DNA of 64,000 nucleotides, from the NCBI GenBank assembly GCA_949284985.1, contig CASDWY010000013.1, positions 12,845-76,844 on the forward strand, written 5' to 3'. The DNA comes from an uncultured bacterium. Lineage in GTDB: Bacteria; Cyanobacteriota; Vampirovibrionia; Gastranaerophilales; Gastranaerophilaceae. Positions 37,699-48,361 of the stretch are shown here, piece after piece (within the stretch, counting starts at the first letter, position 1; every line of letters begins with the position of its first letter). The position numbers and the translations under genes were made by a program. Below the pieces are notes generated by a model. It was not told the DNA's origin. It made no database searches and saw only the letters and a list, made by a program, of their open reading frames with translations.

Positions 37699-40506
37699 AT
37701 GTTTAATAAATTCAATAAAATGAGATTTATAAAAATTGCAAGGTGTAGTTTTCTTATAATATTGCTTTTGGCAGTTTTTGCGATGTTTTTGTATTTAAAA
37801 GTAGTTCCATCGATTGTTTCAAATGTCGGTGTTCAAAATAAAGTGGTCAAACTTGTAAAAAAAATGACCGGTGCTGATTTGGTTATCAAAAATTTACACA
37901 TGAAAACCAGATTATCTTCAGCAATAGATTTCCATGCCGGAGTTATATCTCTTTATAAAAATGATGAAAAATTATTGTTGGTTGCTGGATTAGATTCTAG
38001 TGTTTCTTTTAAAAAATTGCTTAAAAAAAGAATTGTGTTAAAAAAATTAGGAGCTTCGTATATTTTTGCTGATGTGAATAAATTGAGTGCATTAGCGCCT
38101 AAACAAGATAAGCAGGAAGCTGTTAAAAGTGATTGGCGGGTAGAGTGGTTTGATTCTCTTCTTTACATAAAAAAATGCCAGTTTTTATATAAAATTAACG
38201 AAGATTTAAACGTAAAAATTGATGGTACCGGCATAACTGTTGCAGATCGAAAAAATCCTAAATTTATGCGGTTTAATATAATTGCCGAGCTTGGAAAGGA
38301 CAATCAAAAAGTTACATTTGAGTTAGCGGATAATAATACTGTATATATAAAAAATCGTGCGTTGTATATTGATGACGGAGTTTTGAAAGTAAATAATTCA
38401 AAAGTCTCTATTAATGCATATTTGGGTGAAAAAAATATATATAATATAAAGGTTGCATCTAAAAAGTTTGATGTTAAAAATGTTGTGGACTTATTGGGTA
38501 CGAATTTGATTATTGCTAATGGTAAAGAAATTATAAGCTTTTTTGAGGATATAAAAGGTTGTTTTGACTTTGATGTTAATCTGAGTAATGACGGGTTGAA
38601 CGGAAAAGTAGACGTGGCTAATTCATCATTTAAATTGTTGCCGTTAAATGCTTTACCTGTATATGTTCAGACTGGGAATATAGAAATTTTAAGCAATGAA
38701 ATAAAACTTAAAAATTTTAAAGGGTTTTATGGAAAAAATAAACGAAATGTTGTGGCAATGGAGGGTAATGTATTAGATTACACAAAATCTGTAAATACAA
38801 ACATTTTAATAACAGGAAAAGCTACAAATGAGTTAACACGTGATTATTTGTCAAAACTTGTAGGATATCCTCTTTCTTTGACAGGAGATTGTGGCACAAG
38901 GTTGATTGTTAAATCTGTTTACAATGACGTAGATATTATTTGGCAATTCAAAGTGCCAAAAGGTTACGATATATTAGTTGATGGTGCTTCACTCAGTCCC
39001 GTTAATTATGATAGAGCACTGACAGCAGATATGCGTTTTGCAAATAATATTTTAGATGTTAAATCAATAAATTATTATATTGCATCAGTTTTAGATAAAA
39101 AGACAAAAGGTGTCAGACCTATTCTTACTATTGATGGTAAATTTGACATGGGAAAAGGCGGAGCTGTTCAAAATATTGGCTTTAAAATTCCAAAACCTTT
39201 ACCAAGTGAATTTTTAAACGTTTTAATAGGTCAAAAAATGTTTAAAAAAGGTACAATTGCCGGTAATTTACAAATGATTAATACTGGCGAATATCCTGTA
39301 ATAGATGGAAATATGGAAATTCAACAAGTTAGAATTCCATCTCAGAGACTTTCAATTAAAAGTGCAAAATTGTACACTAATAAAAATTCAATAAATATAA
39401 ATGCAAATGGAAGGTTTAAAAGATCTGCTTATAGTTTAACAGGAAATATTAAAAATAGTTTGGTCTTTCCTTTGATTGTTAAAAATATAAGCCTTAGTGT
39501 GGATAATATTGATGTAGATAGGCTGTTGACTTCTTTTAACAACCAAAATACTAACGCTGTAACGAAAATTGAGACTGAACGTCAAGAAAATATTGCTCAA
39601 TCCACCAATGATAATGATGATGAACAAAGCGATGATGCATACACTTTTGATACGGGGCTTATAATTATAGAAAAATGCGTCTTGAGCGTTGCCAAAGGAT
39701 TTTATAAGGAAATAAATTTTGGTAATTTAAAAGCTATGCTAACACTTGATAAAAATGGATTGTTGCAGGTCCATTCAAATAAATTTGATTTTGCAGAAGG
39801 TCTTTCTTCCTTAAAAGTTTCTTGTGATCTTAAAAATCACAAGTATAGTGTTGCCCTAGGGGTAAAAGAGGTTAATTCAGATTTAATAGCTACAACTTTG
39901 TTAGCGTTGAAAAGAGAAATTTCCGGTAAGGCAAATGGGCTTATAATGCTTAATACAGATGATTCTTTAAAACTAAATGGCAAAATGAAGTTTTCTATTA
40001 ATAATGGAACTATCGGCAAAATTGGTTTAGTCGAATATGTGTTAAAATTTGCATCTTTGTTTAGAAACCCATTGGCAATGATTAGTCCGTCTATGTTGGT
40101 AGATTTGGTAAATATCCCCGAAGGTCATTTTGATAATATAAACGGTGAACTTTTAATAAGTAACAATGTTATTGAAAAAATTATGATAAAATCATCTGCA
40201 CCGCAGTTAAGTTCTTTTATAATTGGGCGTTATGATTTAGAGAAAAATGATGCTATTTTGCGCATTTATACTAAATTTAGCAGTGCTCATAAAGGGCTAG
40301 CTGGCGCTTTGAGAAATATTTCTTTAAATAGTTTAGCAAGTAGAGTTTCATTCAACAGTAGAAATTATAGCAATTATTATGCTGCTGAGTTAAGTCAAAT
40401 TCCGCCAATTGATGCAGATGAAAAAGATTGTCAAGTATTTTTAACAAAAGTAGATGGTGATGTACAAAATAATAATTTCATTTCATCACTCAAAAAAATA
40501 AAATAA
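37699..40506 (+). CDS. AsmA/TamB-like large envelope protein
   Basis: 935 aa. A single N-terminal TM followed by a long beta-rich periplasmic region. The call rests on architecture, not motifs. Confidence 0.4.
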   Translation: MFNKFNKMRFIKIARCSFLIILLLAVFAMFLYLKVVPSIVSNVGVQNKVVKLVKKMTGADLVIKNLHMKTRLSSAIDFHAGVISLYKNDEKLLLVAGLDSSVSFKKLLKKRIVLKKLGASYIFADVNKLSALAPKQDKQEAVKSDWRVEWFDSLLYIKKCQFLYKINEDLNVKIDGTGITVADRKNPKFMRFNIIAELGKDNQKVTFELADNNTVYIKNRALYIDDGVLKVNNSKVSINAYLGEKNIYNIKVASKKFDVKNVVDLLGTNLIIANGKEIISFFEDIKGCFDFDVNLSNDGLNGKVDVANSSFKLLPLNALPVYVQTGNIEILSNEIKLKNFKGFYGKNKRNVVAMEGNVLDYTKSVNTNILITGKATNELTRDYLSKLVGYPLSLTGDCGTRLIVKSVYNDVDIIWQFKVPKGYDILVDGASLSPVNYDRALTADMRFANNILDVKSINYYIASVLDKKTKGVRPILTIDGKFDMGKGGAVQNIGFKIPKPLPSEFLNVLIGQKMFKKGTIAGNLQMINTGEYPVIDGNMEIQQVRIPSQRLSIKSAKLYTNKNSININANGRFKRSAYSLTGNIKNSLVFPLIVKNISLSVDNIDVDRLLTSFNNQNTNAVTKIETERQENIAQSTNDNDDEQSDDAYTFDTGLIIIEKCVLSVAKGFYKEINFGNLKAMLTLDKNGLLQVHSNKFDFAEGLSSLKVSCDLKNHKYSVALGVKEVNSDLIATTLLALKREISGKANGLIMLNTDDSLKLNGKMKFSINNGTIGKIGLVEYVLKFASLFRNPLAMISPSMLVDLVNIPEGHFDNINGELLISNNVIEKIMIKSSAPQLSSFIIGRYDLEKNDAILRIYTKFSSAHKGLAGALRNISLNSLASRVSFNSRNYSNYYAAELSQIPPIDADEKDCQVFLTKVDGDVQNNNFISSLKKIK

Positions 40507-40516
40507 TATACAAATG

Positions 40517-41197
40517 TTAGGTTTCCATATATTTTAAATTATGGCTTACAACAAAATTGGCAGAAACGGTTGCTTTTATGTCACTAATACTAAACATAGG
40601 GTTTATTTCCGTTAGGATTAAACCGCTTGGTCCAACTTCAAATACGCATCTTTCAGTGATAATTAAATCTACTTCTTTATAAGCAGTAAGAGGTAGTGTG
40701 CATTTATCAAGGATTTTAATTTGCCCCTTTGATATATGCTCCATAGCAACAATAACTTTTTTAGCACCCACAATAAGGTCCATAGACCCACCCATACCCG
40801 GAACAAATTTTCCTGGAATCATCCAACTTGCTAGGCTTCCGTCTTGGTCAACTTGTAGTGCACCTAATACAGTTGCGTCAATATGTCCGCCTCGCATAAG
40901 TGTAAAAGCCATTTGAGCATCATAAAAACAAGCACCCTGCTTTATATCAACATATCCTCCCCCTGCGTTGATAATTCTTGGGTCAGCTTCTTCGGGGCTT
41001 AAAGTTTTGCCTACCCCAAGAAGCCCATTTTCAGATTGGAATAAGATATGCTTGCTTTCAGGTACATAGTCAGCAACAGCGGTTGGTAGTCCAATGCCTA
41101 GTGTAACTACGTCTCCTTCTTTAAATTCTTTTGCTGCTCTTTTAGCAATTATTTCTCTTATTTTTTCTTTTGATAATTCTTCTATAACAGGGCTCAT
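40517..41197 (-). CDS. 3-oxoacid/acetate CoA-transferase subunit B
   Basis: 226 aa. Catalytic-Glu motif QSENGLLG, GMGGSMDL. Confidence 0.88.
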   Translation of the reverse strand: MSPVIEELSKEKIREIIAKRAAKEFKEGDVVTLGIGLPTAVADYVPESKHILFQSENGLLGVGKTLSPEEADPRIINAGGGYVDIKQGACFYDAQMAFTLMRGGHIDATVLGALQVDQDGSLASWMIPGKFVPGMGGSMDLIVGAKKVIVAMEHISKGQIKILDKCTLPLTAYKEVDLIITERCVFEVGPSGLILTEINPMFSISDIKATVSANFVVSHNLKYMET

Positions 41198-41847
41198 TTA
41201 TTATTCTCCCTAACAACAATATAATCCACAAAAACACCTGGAACGATTATTTCATTTGGGTCTAAAGTTTCTACAAGTTCGTCAGCTTGAACAATTACTG
41301 TTTCTGCTGCAGTTGCCATAACAGTGTTGCAGTTTCTTGTTGTCCCAAAGTATGATATGTTGCCAAATTTGTCAACTTTTGTTCCGTAAATAAGTGCGAC
41401 ATCTGCGCCTAGTGATTTGTCAAAAATATATTTTTTACCATCAATTTCCACAGTTTTTTTATTTTCTTCTATAAATGTGTTGACTCCTGTTGGAGTTAAC
41501 ACCCCTCCAAGTCCGGCACCTTTTGATCTGATTTGTTCAAACAAGGTTCCCATAGGTACGAGTTCAACATCTAGCTCTCCTGCATGAAGCTGTCTTCCTG
41601 TTTCAGGGTTTGTCCCTATGTGAGAGGTAATAACTTTTTTGACCATTTTATTTTCGATTAGTTTCCCTCTATCTGTATTAGGAAAGGAGGTATCGTTTGA
41701 TATTAGAGTGAGATTTTTTGTTTTTTGTTCTACTAATGCATCGATAAGCTCATTTGGTGTTCCGCAGCTTAAAAATCCACCAATCATGATTGTTGCGTTG
41801 TCTTTTATTAACTTAACGGCATCTTTTGCTGATAATATTTTTTTCAT
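41194..41847 (-). CDS. 3-oxoacid/acetate CoA-transferase subunit A
   Basis: 217 aa. IMIGGFLSCGTPNELIDAL. 4-nt overlap with subunit B. Confidence 0.88.
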   Translation of the reverse strand: MKKILSAKDAVKLIKDNATIMIGGFLSCGTPNELIDALVEQKTKNLTLISNDTSFPNTDRGKLIENKMVKKVITSHIGTNPETGRQLHAGELDVELVPMGTLFEQIRSKGAGLGGVLTPTGVNTFIEENKKTVEIDGKKYIFDKSLGADVALIYGTKVDKFGNISYFGTTRNCNTVMATAAETVIVQADELVETLDPNEIIVPGVFVDYIVVRENNK

Positions 41848-41998
41848 ACTATAATCTCTTTTTAAATTTTATCACAAATATTTTCCTAGGAGTTCAAATT
41901 TATTTTGTAACAAAAAATTAAAAATTTTATCTATTACTAGTAGAGAGAATAATAATCTTTCTGGACGGTTTTTTTGATTGTTTCATTGGTTTGTGAGG

Positions 41999-42724
41999 TT
42001 AAAAGACGTTAAATTGATTATCTTTAAACTTTTTCTTTATTTTAAGAATTTCAGCTTTCGTGGGAATAGGGGTTCCGGCAAGAGGGTATTTAAGTCCTAG
42101 CTGTGCATATTTTTCCTTGCCCATATCATGATAAGGCAGAAGTTCTACTCTTTCTATTTCATATGGTTTGAGAAAATTAATAAGTTCGTCAATATAATTG
42201 TCTGACATCGTAATATTGGGGACAAGAACTTGTCGAATCCATAATTTCTTTTTATTTTGAGCAAGAAAATCAAGGAAATGCAATACTTTGTCATTTGGCT
42301 TTCCTGTGAGTTTTATATGTTCATTATTGTTAAGATGTTTAATATCTAACATAAATAAATCAGTTAAGTCAGTAAGGAGTTTGAGTTCACTGGTTATTTC
42401 AACGTATCCGCAAGTATCAATGGTTGTATGTATTCCATTAGCTTTTAGTTGTTTAAAAAGATCTATTAAAAAAGGAATTTGCAAAAGAGGTTCTCCACCA
42501 GAAACTGTGAATCCTCCGTTTGTTGTTTGGTAAAAAATTTTATATTTTAAAATATCAGTTACTAGTTCTGAAGTTTCTATTACTTTACCTTGCCCTGTCC
42601 AAGTATCTGGATTATGGCAAAATAAGCACCTAAAAGGGCATCCTTGAGTAAATAAAACATATCTCAATCCTGGCCCATCAAGGGTTCCTATTGTTTGAAT
42701 AGAGTGATAAAAACCTTTTGTCAT
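41999..42724 (-). CDS. pflA: Pyruvate formate-lyase activating enzyme (radical SAM)
   Basis: 241 aa. GPGLRYVLFTQGCPFRCLFCHNPDTW (CxxxCxxC), GGFTVSGGEPL. Confidence 0.92.
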   Translation of the reverse strand: MTKGFYHSIQTIGTLDGPGLRYVLFTQGCPFRCLFCHNPDTWTGQGKVIETSELVTDILKYKIFYQTTNGGFTVSGGEPLLQIPFLIDLFKQLKANGIHTTIDTCGYVEITSELKLLTDLTDLFMLDIKHLNNNEHIKLTGKPNDKVLHFLDFLAQNKKKLWIRQVLVPNITMSDNYIDELINFLKPYEIERVELLPYHDMGKEKYAQLGLKYPLAGTPIPTKAEILKIKKKFKDNQFNVF

Positions 42725-42786
42725 TTTTTTGTAAATATTAATCTGTAAAATAATAGCGGGAGTTCTTCCCGCTTTATATGTGTTAA

Positions 42787-45003
42787 TTATATTGTTGAGT
42801 GGAATGTTCTGTTTATCACATCCAACTGTTGTTCTTTTGTAAGTTTTACAAAGTTTACAGCATATCCACTTACACGAATAGTAAGTTGTGGATAATTTTC
42901 GGGATGTTCCATTGCATCTTGGAGAGTTTCTCTGTTTAGCACGTTAACATTCAAGTGTTGAGCCCCTTGGGAGAAGTATCCATCCATCATTCCAACAAGG
43001 TTTGATTTCTTTTCATCAAGGCTTTTCCCTAAGCTGTCAGGAATAATGCTGAAAGTATTTGAAATTCCGTCTTTTGCATTTTTAAATGGCAATTTTGCAA
43101 CAGAGCAAAGTGATGCAAGAGCACCTTTAGTGTCTCGTCCGTTAAAGGGGTTTGCGCCTGGAGAAAAAGGTACGCCGGAAACTCTTCCATCAGGCGTATC
43201 TCCGGTTTTTTTGCCGTAAACTACGTTGCTTGTTATTGTTAATATTGATTGCGTTGGGATTGAATTTCTGTAGGTTTTATTTTTTTCCAATTTGGACATA
43301 AATCTGTTTACAAGATCTACGCCAATTTGGTCAACACTATCGTCATTGTTTCCGTATTTTGGATAATCACCTTCAATTTCAAATCTTTTTGCAATACCAT
43401 TTTCTCTAATTGGGCGAACTTTAGCGTATTTGATAGCAGATAAAGAGTCTACTACAATACTGAAACCGGCTATTCCGCAGCCAAGTTTACGAATTGCATC
43501 TGTATCCATTAGCGCCATTTGTGCTTTTTCATAATTATATTTGTCGTGCATATAATGAATAATATTTAGTGCATTTACGTAAGTTTTAGCCAGCCAATCC
43601 ATTACTATATCAAATTTTTCCATTACTGTGTCGTAATCAAGTATTTCATCTGTAATTGGCTCGAAGTCCGCAACACGTTCATTTGTTCGTTCATCAATGC
43701 CACCATTAATTGTGTAAAGAAGTGCTTTTGCCAGGTTTGCACGTGCACCAAAGAATTGCATTTCTTTACCAATGATTAGCGGAGAAACGCAGCAGGCGAT
43801 AGCATAATCATCGTTTTGGAACATTTCACGCATTAAATCATCATTTTCATATTGAACAGCACTTGTTTCGATGCTGACTTTAGCGCAAAAATCTTTAAAT
43901 CCTTGAGGTAGCTGCCTGCTCCAAAGAACTGTCATGTTTGGTTCAGGCGCAGGACCGAGGTTTATCAAAGTTTGTAACATTCTGAAAGAGGTTTTAGTAA
44001 CAAGTGGTTTTCCATCAAGACTCATTCCTCCAATGCTTTCAGTTGTCCAAACGGGGTCTCCGCTGAAAAGATTGTTGTATTCTGGGGTTCTAAGAAAACG
44101 CACCATTCTTAATTTAATGATAAAATCATCAATAATTTCTTGTGCTTGTTCTTCTGTAATTTTCCCATTTTGCAAATCTTGCTCCGCATATATATCTAAG
44201 AATGTTGAAACTCTGCCCAAAGACATTGCTGCGCCATTCTGATCTTTAATTGCTGCTAAATAGCCCATATAAGTAAACTGTACAGCTTCTTTAAAACTTT
44301 CTGCAGGTTTGCTTATGTCTATATCATATGAAGCAGCCATTATTTTCATATCGTTAAGAGCTCTGATTTGTTCACTTAATTCTTCTCTAAGCCTAATTGT
44401 TTCCTCAAGCATTGGTTTATCTTCAAGATTAAGTTTGTCTTTTTGTTTTTCTTCAATAAGCTTATCAACACCGTAAAGAGCAATTCTTCTGTAGTCTCCA
44501 ATTATACGACCTCTGCCGTACGCATCAGGCAGACCTGTAATAATGGCTGAGTGACGGCATTTTTTTATTTGCGATGTATATGCATCAAAGACACCGTCGT
44601 TATGAGTTTTTCTGTATTTTGTGTAAATTGTTTTTAAATTTTCATCAACAGGAAGATTATAAGCAGCGCAAGAGGCTTCGACCATTCTGTATCCACCGTT
44701 TGGCATGATGGCTCTTTTTAATGGTGCATCTGTTTGTAATCCTACTATAATTTCATTCTCTTTATCTATATATCCTGGTGCATGAGAAGTTATACTAGAG
44801 GGAGTAGATGTATCTGCATCAAGAACTCCTTTTTTTTGTTCTTCTATCATTAATTTACTAACTATATCCCACATATGACGAGTTCTTTCGGTCGGACCGC
44901 TTAAAAAACTATCATCGCCATAGTATGGGGTGTAATTGTTTTTAATAAATTCGGAAACGTTAATCCCAGTCGTTTTTCGATTTAGTAAGACTTGCATTGA
45001 CAT
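42787..45003 (-). CDS. pflB: Formate C-acetyltransferase (pyruvate formate-lyase)
   Basis: 738 aa. Active-site CCVS and glycyl-radical motif [11 protein letters not shown] near the C-terminus. Confidence 0.95.
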   Translation of the reverse strand: MSMQVLLNRKTTGINVSEFIKNNYTPYYGDDSFLSGPTERTRHMWDIVSKLMIEEQKKGVLDADTSTPSSITSHAPGYIDKENEIIVGLQTDAPLKRAIMPNGGYRMVEASCAAYNLPVDENLKTIYTKYRKTHNDGVFDAYTSQIKKCRHSAIITGLPDAYGRGRIIGDYRRIALYGVDKLIEEKQKDKLNLEDKPMLEETIRLREELSEQIRALNDMKIMAASYDIDISKPAESFKEAVQFTYMGYLAAIKDQNGAAMSLGRVSTFLDIYAEQDLQNGKITEEQAQEIIDDFIIKLRMVRFLRTPEYNNLFSGDPVWTTESIGGMSLDGKPLVTKTSFRMLQTLINLGPAPEPNMTVLWSRQLPQGFKDFCAKVSIETSAVQYENDDLMREMFQNDDYAIACCVSPLIIGKEMQFFGARANLAKALLYTINGGIDERTNERVADFEPITDEILDYDTVMEKFDIVMDWLAKTYVNALNIIHYMHDKYNYEKAQMALMDTDAIRKLGCGIAGFSIVVDSLSAIKYAKVRPIRENGIAKRFEIEGDYPKYGNNDDSVDQIGVDLVNRFMSKLEKNKTYRNSIPTQSILTITSNVVYGKKTGDTPDGRVSGVPFSPGANPFNGRDTKGALASLCSVAKLPFKNAKDGISNTFSIIPDSLGKSLDEKKSNLVGMMDGYFSQGAQHLNVNVLNRETLQDAMEHPENYPQLTIRVSGYAVNFVKLTKEQQLDVINRTFHSTI

Positions 45004-45247
45004 AAATGTCTCCTCCTATTTTAAATTATTTTTAATTTAAGTTTTGGTAGGCAGTTTGATATTAAATTAACCATGCCTAGTTTTAAAATTATACCATAGA
45101 AAAAAGAAAAATGCAAAAAAACTTTCAAGAAAAATGTAGAATATACTACGAATGATGGAAAAAATGATAATAATTATCAAAATTAAAATTTTTAATTTTT
45201 CTTCAACTTTTGTAATGAATTTTTGCTTTATGTATAATTAATTAAGT

Positions 45248-46567
45248 ATGAAAAATATAGTTAAATTTTTAATAATAATTTGCTTAACAATTCAACCTGT
45301 TTTAGCTGCAGAAAAATTTAAAACTATTACTCTTGATGAAGCTATAAAATTATTTTTGCAAGAGAATATTGATTTGCGTGCGAAAAAAATGGATATTGAT
45401 GAGGCGACAAATAACATTAAAGTTGCGAATAAGCTTAATAATCCAAATTTAAATATATTTTACAACTATGGACAAGCCGGAGATGGAAATCCTCAGCAAA
45501 TTGGACTTAGTGAGGATATTGAGCTGTTTAAAAGAGATGCAAGGAAAAACTTAGCAAGAATAGATTTAAAACTTGAAAGTGATAGTTATGCATATTTGCA
45601 ATTTGAAAAAACAATGGACTTGAAAGAAGCTTATGTCAACCTTGTTTATGCCAAGTCTATTTTGGGGGCGTTAAAAGAGCAACAAAAATTGTATTTTGAT
45701 TTACTTGAAATAACTCGCCAAAGGGATAAAAATAAATTAGCGCAAGATGTTGATGTAATTCAAACTGAAATTGCTTTAAACCAGATGATTACTCAAGTTA
45801 ATTCAGCAGAGTTAAAAGTAAGAAAGGCGCGATATGAATTTAATAAAGCGTTAAATATTGATAATGATGAGATTTATGATGTAAAAGAGTCTAAATTACC
45901 TTTGCCAATGGATATTACAGATGGATCATTAAAAATACTTTACGCACCGGATTTGGATGGGGATGTAAAATCATTTGAAAGTATATTGCAAAGTGCGCTT
46001 GATAATCGTTATGATATTAAAATAGCGAAACATAGGTGGGATAAAGCTCGTCAAAATGTAATTGTGGTTTCAAGACAGAGAATCCCTGATTTGACAGTTA
46101 TGGGAGGATATGCATATCAACCTGCGAGATATGCGGATTCTAATCATGTTTTGCATGGTGCTTATGCAGGGGCAGGGTTAACTAATATTCCTATTTTATA
46201 CTTTTATGGCCCTGAAATAAAAAATGCTAAAATTCAAGTGGAACAGGCTGAATTAGATTATTTATCCGCAAAAAATAAAGCTGGCAAAAATCTTAAATCT
46301 GCTTATGACGCTTTTTTAACAGCACGAACTAATTTAAATGTTTATGGAACAAAACTTGTGAAAAACTCTGAAGAGTTGATAAAGGCTTCTAAAGAAAGTT
46401 ATGCTGCAGGGAGTTCTAATCTTACATCTCTTATTGTAATGGAGCAGTCTTATCAGACAATTATAATGGGGTATATGGATGCGTTAGCTGATTATTATAA
46501 TACTTGGCTTGATTTTTTGCGAGAAGTTAATTCGGAAGTATTTGAGATAGAAAAAGAAACATTGTAA
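45248..46567 (+). CDS. TolC-family outer membrane efflux protein
   Basis: 439 aa. Signal peptide and a two-repeat helical/beta architecture typical of OEP proteins. Confidence 0.6.
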   Translation: MKNIVKFLIIICLTIQPVLAAEKFKTITLDEAIKLFLQENIDLRAKKMDIDEATNNIKVANKLNNPNLNIFYNYGQAGDGNPQQIGLSEDIELFKRDARKNLARIDLKLESDSYAYLQFEKTMDLKEAYVNLVYAKSILGALKEQQKLYFDLLEITRQRDKNKLAQDVDVIQTEIALNQMITQVNSAELKVRKARYEFNKALNIDNDEIYDVKESKLPLPMDITDGSLKILYAPDLDGDVKSFESILQSALDNRYDIKIAKHRWDKARQNVIVVSRQRIPDLTVMGGYAYQPARYADSNHVLHGAYAGAGLTNIPILYFYGPEIKNAKIQVEQAELDYLSAKNKAGKNLKSAYDAFLTARTNLNVYGTKLVKNSEELIKASKESYAAGSSNLTSLIVMEQSYQTIIMGYMDALADYYNTWLDFLREVNSEVFEIEKETL

Positions 46568-46696
46568 GTTTTTTTGTAAAAAGGATTTTAGACATTGATA
46601 GAGGTTTATCAATATTTGATTTATTTTGTAGTATAGATTGATGTTGATTAATTTTTTGCTAAAATATAAACGTGAGATGATAAGAAAGAGGTATTT

Positions 46697-47995
46697 ATGC
46701 TTACAAAATTAAAAAATGTTCAAACAAAGTTTACCGGGGTAGACTTTGGGAAATATTCTTCTAATGTAGAAAAGTTCGTAAAAGAATTTTCTTCACGAGC
46801 AAATCAAAAAGGGCAGTTTTTAAACTGGGTTAACCTCCCTCAAGAACAAGCGAAACGTGTTGATGAAATTTATTCTTTAGCTGATGGATTAAAAAAGCAA
46901 ACAGGAGCTAAAAAATTAAGTGTTATGGGTATCGGCGGATCAAAACACACTGTTGAGCATATGCTTTCCATAAATGGTTTAAATGTAAAACATGATGTAA
47001 TTGAGTTCTATTCAGATGTTGATTCTTCAAGCTGGGAAAGATTTTTATACAGATTAGATAATGATGTTTTGAGTTCAAATTTTATGATTGCATCAAAATC
47101 AGGGTCAACGTTTGAAACTAAAGATGGTTTTTTGAGAGTTCAAGCTATGTTGATAGATGCATATAAGTCTCAAGGTAAGTCTGAACAAGATGCACAAAAA
47201 GCTGCGAGTAAGCATTTTATAGCAGTTACAGATGCAAATGCAGAAAAAAGTGAGCTTAGAAGAACTTCAAACGAAAATGAATGGATTGGAGATTTATTTA
47301 TTCATGATGACGTAGGTGGACGTTTTTCTGCTTTTGATGATCATGCTTTATTTGCGTTGGCATATGCGGGAATGAAAAAAGAAGATATGTTAGAAATGTT
47401 AAATGCAGCACAAGAAGTTTCTAAGATCTCATTAACAGCAGATTTAGATGTAAATGACGCATTGAAAGAAGGTATATTTTGGGCAGATGCAAAGCTTAAT
47501 GGAATTGCTGCCTCAGTTCATCAATATATGGGTTCAATATTTGAAAATACGGTATATTGGCATGCACAAATGCAAAATGAATCTATTAAAGATACCTTAA
47601 AGCAAGTTGCAAAAGTGCCTGACGCAATGCATCACAGTGCAGAGGCACATTTTAATCCGGCAAATAAACTCGTATTTGCGTTGACTGTACCACAGGATAA
47701 TGGTGTATGTAGTGAGAATGCAAAAAGTTATATTGATGCATTGACTAAATCATATGAGGTTTCTGGGGCGTTTTTCTTGGAAACTATTTCTACTAGAGCA
47801 ATGGGATTAACTCCATCTGCAGCCGGTGCAATGACTCAACTTAGGGCTTTTGCAACTGTGTATCAGGAAATTGTTGAAAAAATTATGACTAATATTGAGT
47901 TCCCTGAGGTCTTGGAGAGTGTGCTTCAACCCCATGTTGAATTTTATAAGAAAAATCTGAAGGGTGGAGTTGTTGTCCCGGGTAGAATTTCATAG
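46697..47995 (+). CDS. pgi: Glucose-6-phosphate isomerase
   Basis: 432 aa. MGIGGSKH and DDVGGRFSAF sugar-isomerase motifs. Confidence 0.85.
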   Translation: MLTKLKNVQTKFTGVDFGKYSSNVEKFVKEFSSRANQKGQFLNWVNLPQEQAKRVDEIYSLADGLKKQTGAKKLSVMGIGGSKHTVEHMLSINGLNVKHDVIEFYSDVDSSSWERFLYRLDNDVLSSNFMIASKSGSTFETKDGFLRVQAMLIDAYKSQGKSEQDAQKAASKHFIAVTDANAEKSELRRTSNENEWIGDLFIHDDVGGRFSAFDDHALFALAYAGMKKEDMLEMLNAAQEVSKISLTADLDVNDALKEGIFWADAKLNGIAASVHQYMGSIFENTVYWHAQMQNESIKDTLKQVAKVPDAMHHSAEAHFNPANKLVFALTVPQDNGVCSENAKSYIDALTKSYEVSGAFFLETISTRAMGLTPSAAGAMTQLRAFATVYQEIVEKIMTNIEFPEVLESVLQPHVEFYKKNLKGGVVVPGRIS

Positions 47996-48004
47996 AAATG
48001 TATA

Positions 48005-48031
48005 AAAGGAGGCCTTAGGCCTCTTTTTTTT
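48005..48031 (+). terminator. Rho-independent terminator after pgi
   Basis: gaggcc-tta-ggcctc followed by T8. Confidence 0.8.
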
Positions 48032-48151
48032 CTGCATTTTTTTGACATTGAAATTTTTATCGCTTAGCTCTAGAGATTGTATGTGAATGGAAATAACTTG
48101 TTTTAATGCCAGTTTTGTAGTAATATTTTGATAAAATGGAGTATTATTTTT

Positions 48152-48361
48152 ATGCTTAATAAAGTAAATTTAAAAATTATACTGAGTTTGTTTTTTATTG
48201 TTATTTTAGGTTTAACTGTTGTTTTTTGTGTATTAAAACCGGTTATGCATAAGGGATTTAATATTAGTGTTATAGAATATGTTATAAAGTTTAACAAAGA
48301 TGGTAGTTTGACTCAAACAAAACAAGTTAAGACACATGAGGTTATAAAGGATAAAAAATGA
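48152..48361 (+). CDS. Small N-terminally anchored membrane protein (operon gene 1)
   Basis: 69 aa from the ATG after GGAG. One TM ending in the LKPVMHKGF motif shared with gene 5. ATGA overlap with gene 2. Confidence 0.5.
   Translation: MLNKVNLKIILSLFFIVILGLTVVFCVLKPVMHKGFNISVIEYVIKFNKDGSLTQTKQVKTHEVIKDKK

Noticed and set aside
45040-45075. FNR/CRP-like site upstream of pflB (TTGATattaAATTA).
   Set aside because: Only one half-site matches TTGAT-N4-ATCAA. In AT-rich DNA this is weak evidence.
48072-48080. 9-nt match (GCTTAGCTC) to the 5' part of tRNA-Ala at the left edge of the 48-54 kb cluster. This raised the idea of a tRNA-targeted genomic island.
   Set aside because: A 9-mer match is expected by chance in 64 kb. 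It is in the wrong orientation and comes from the wrong (5') end of the tRNA for an att site. There is no integrase and no obvious compositional shift.
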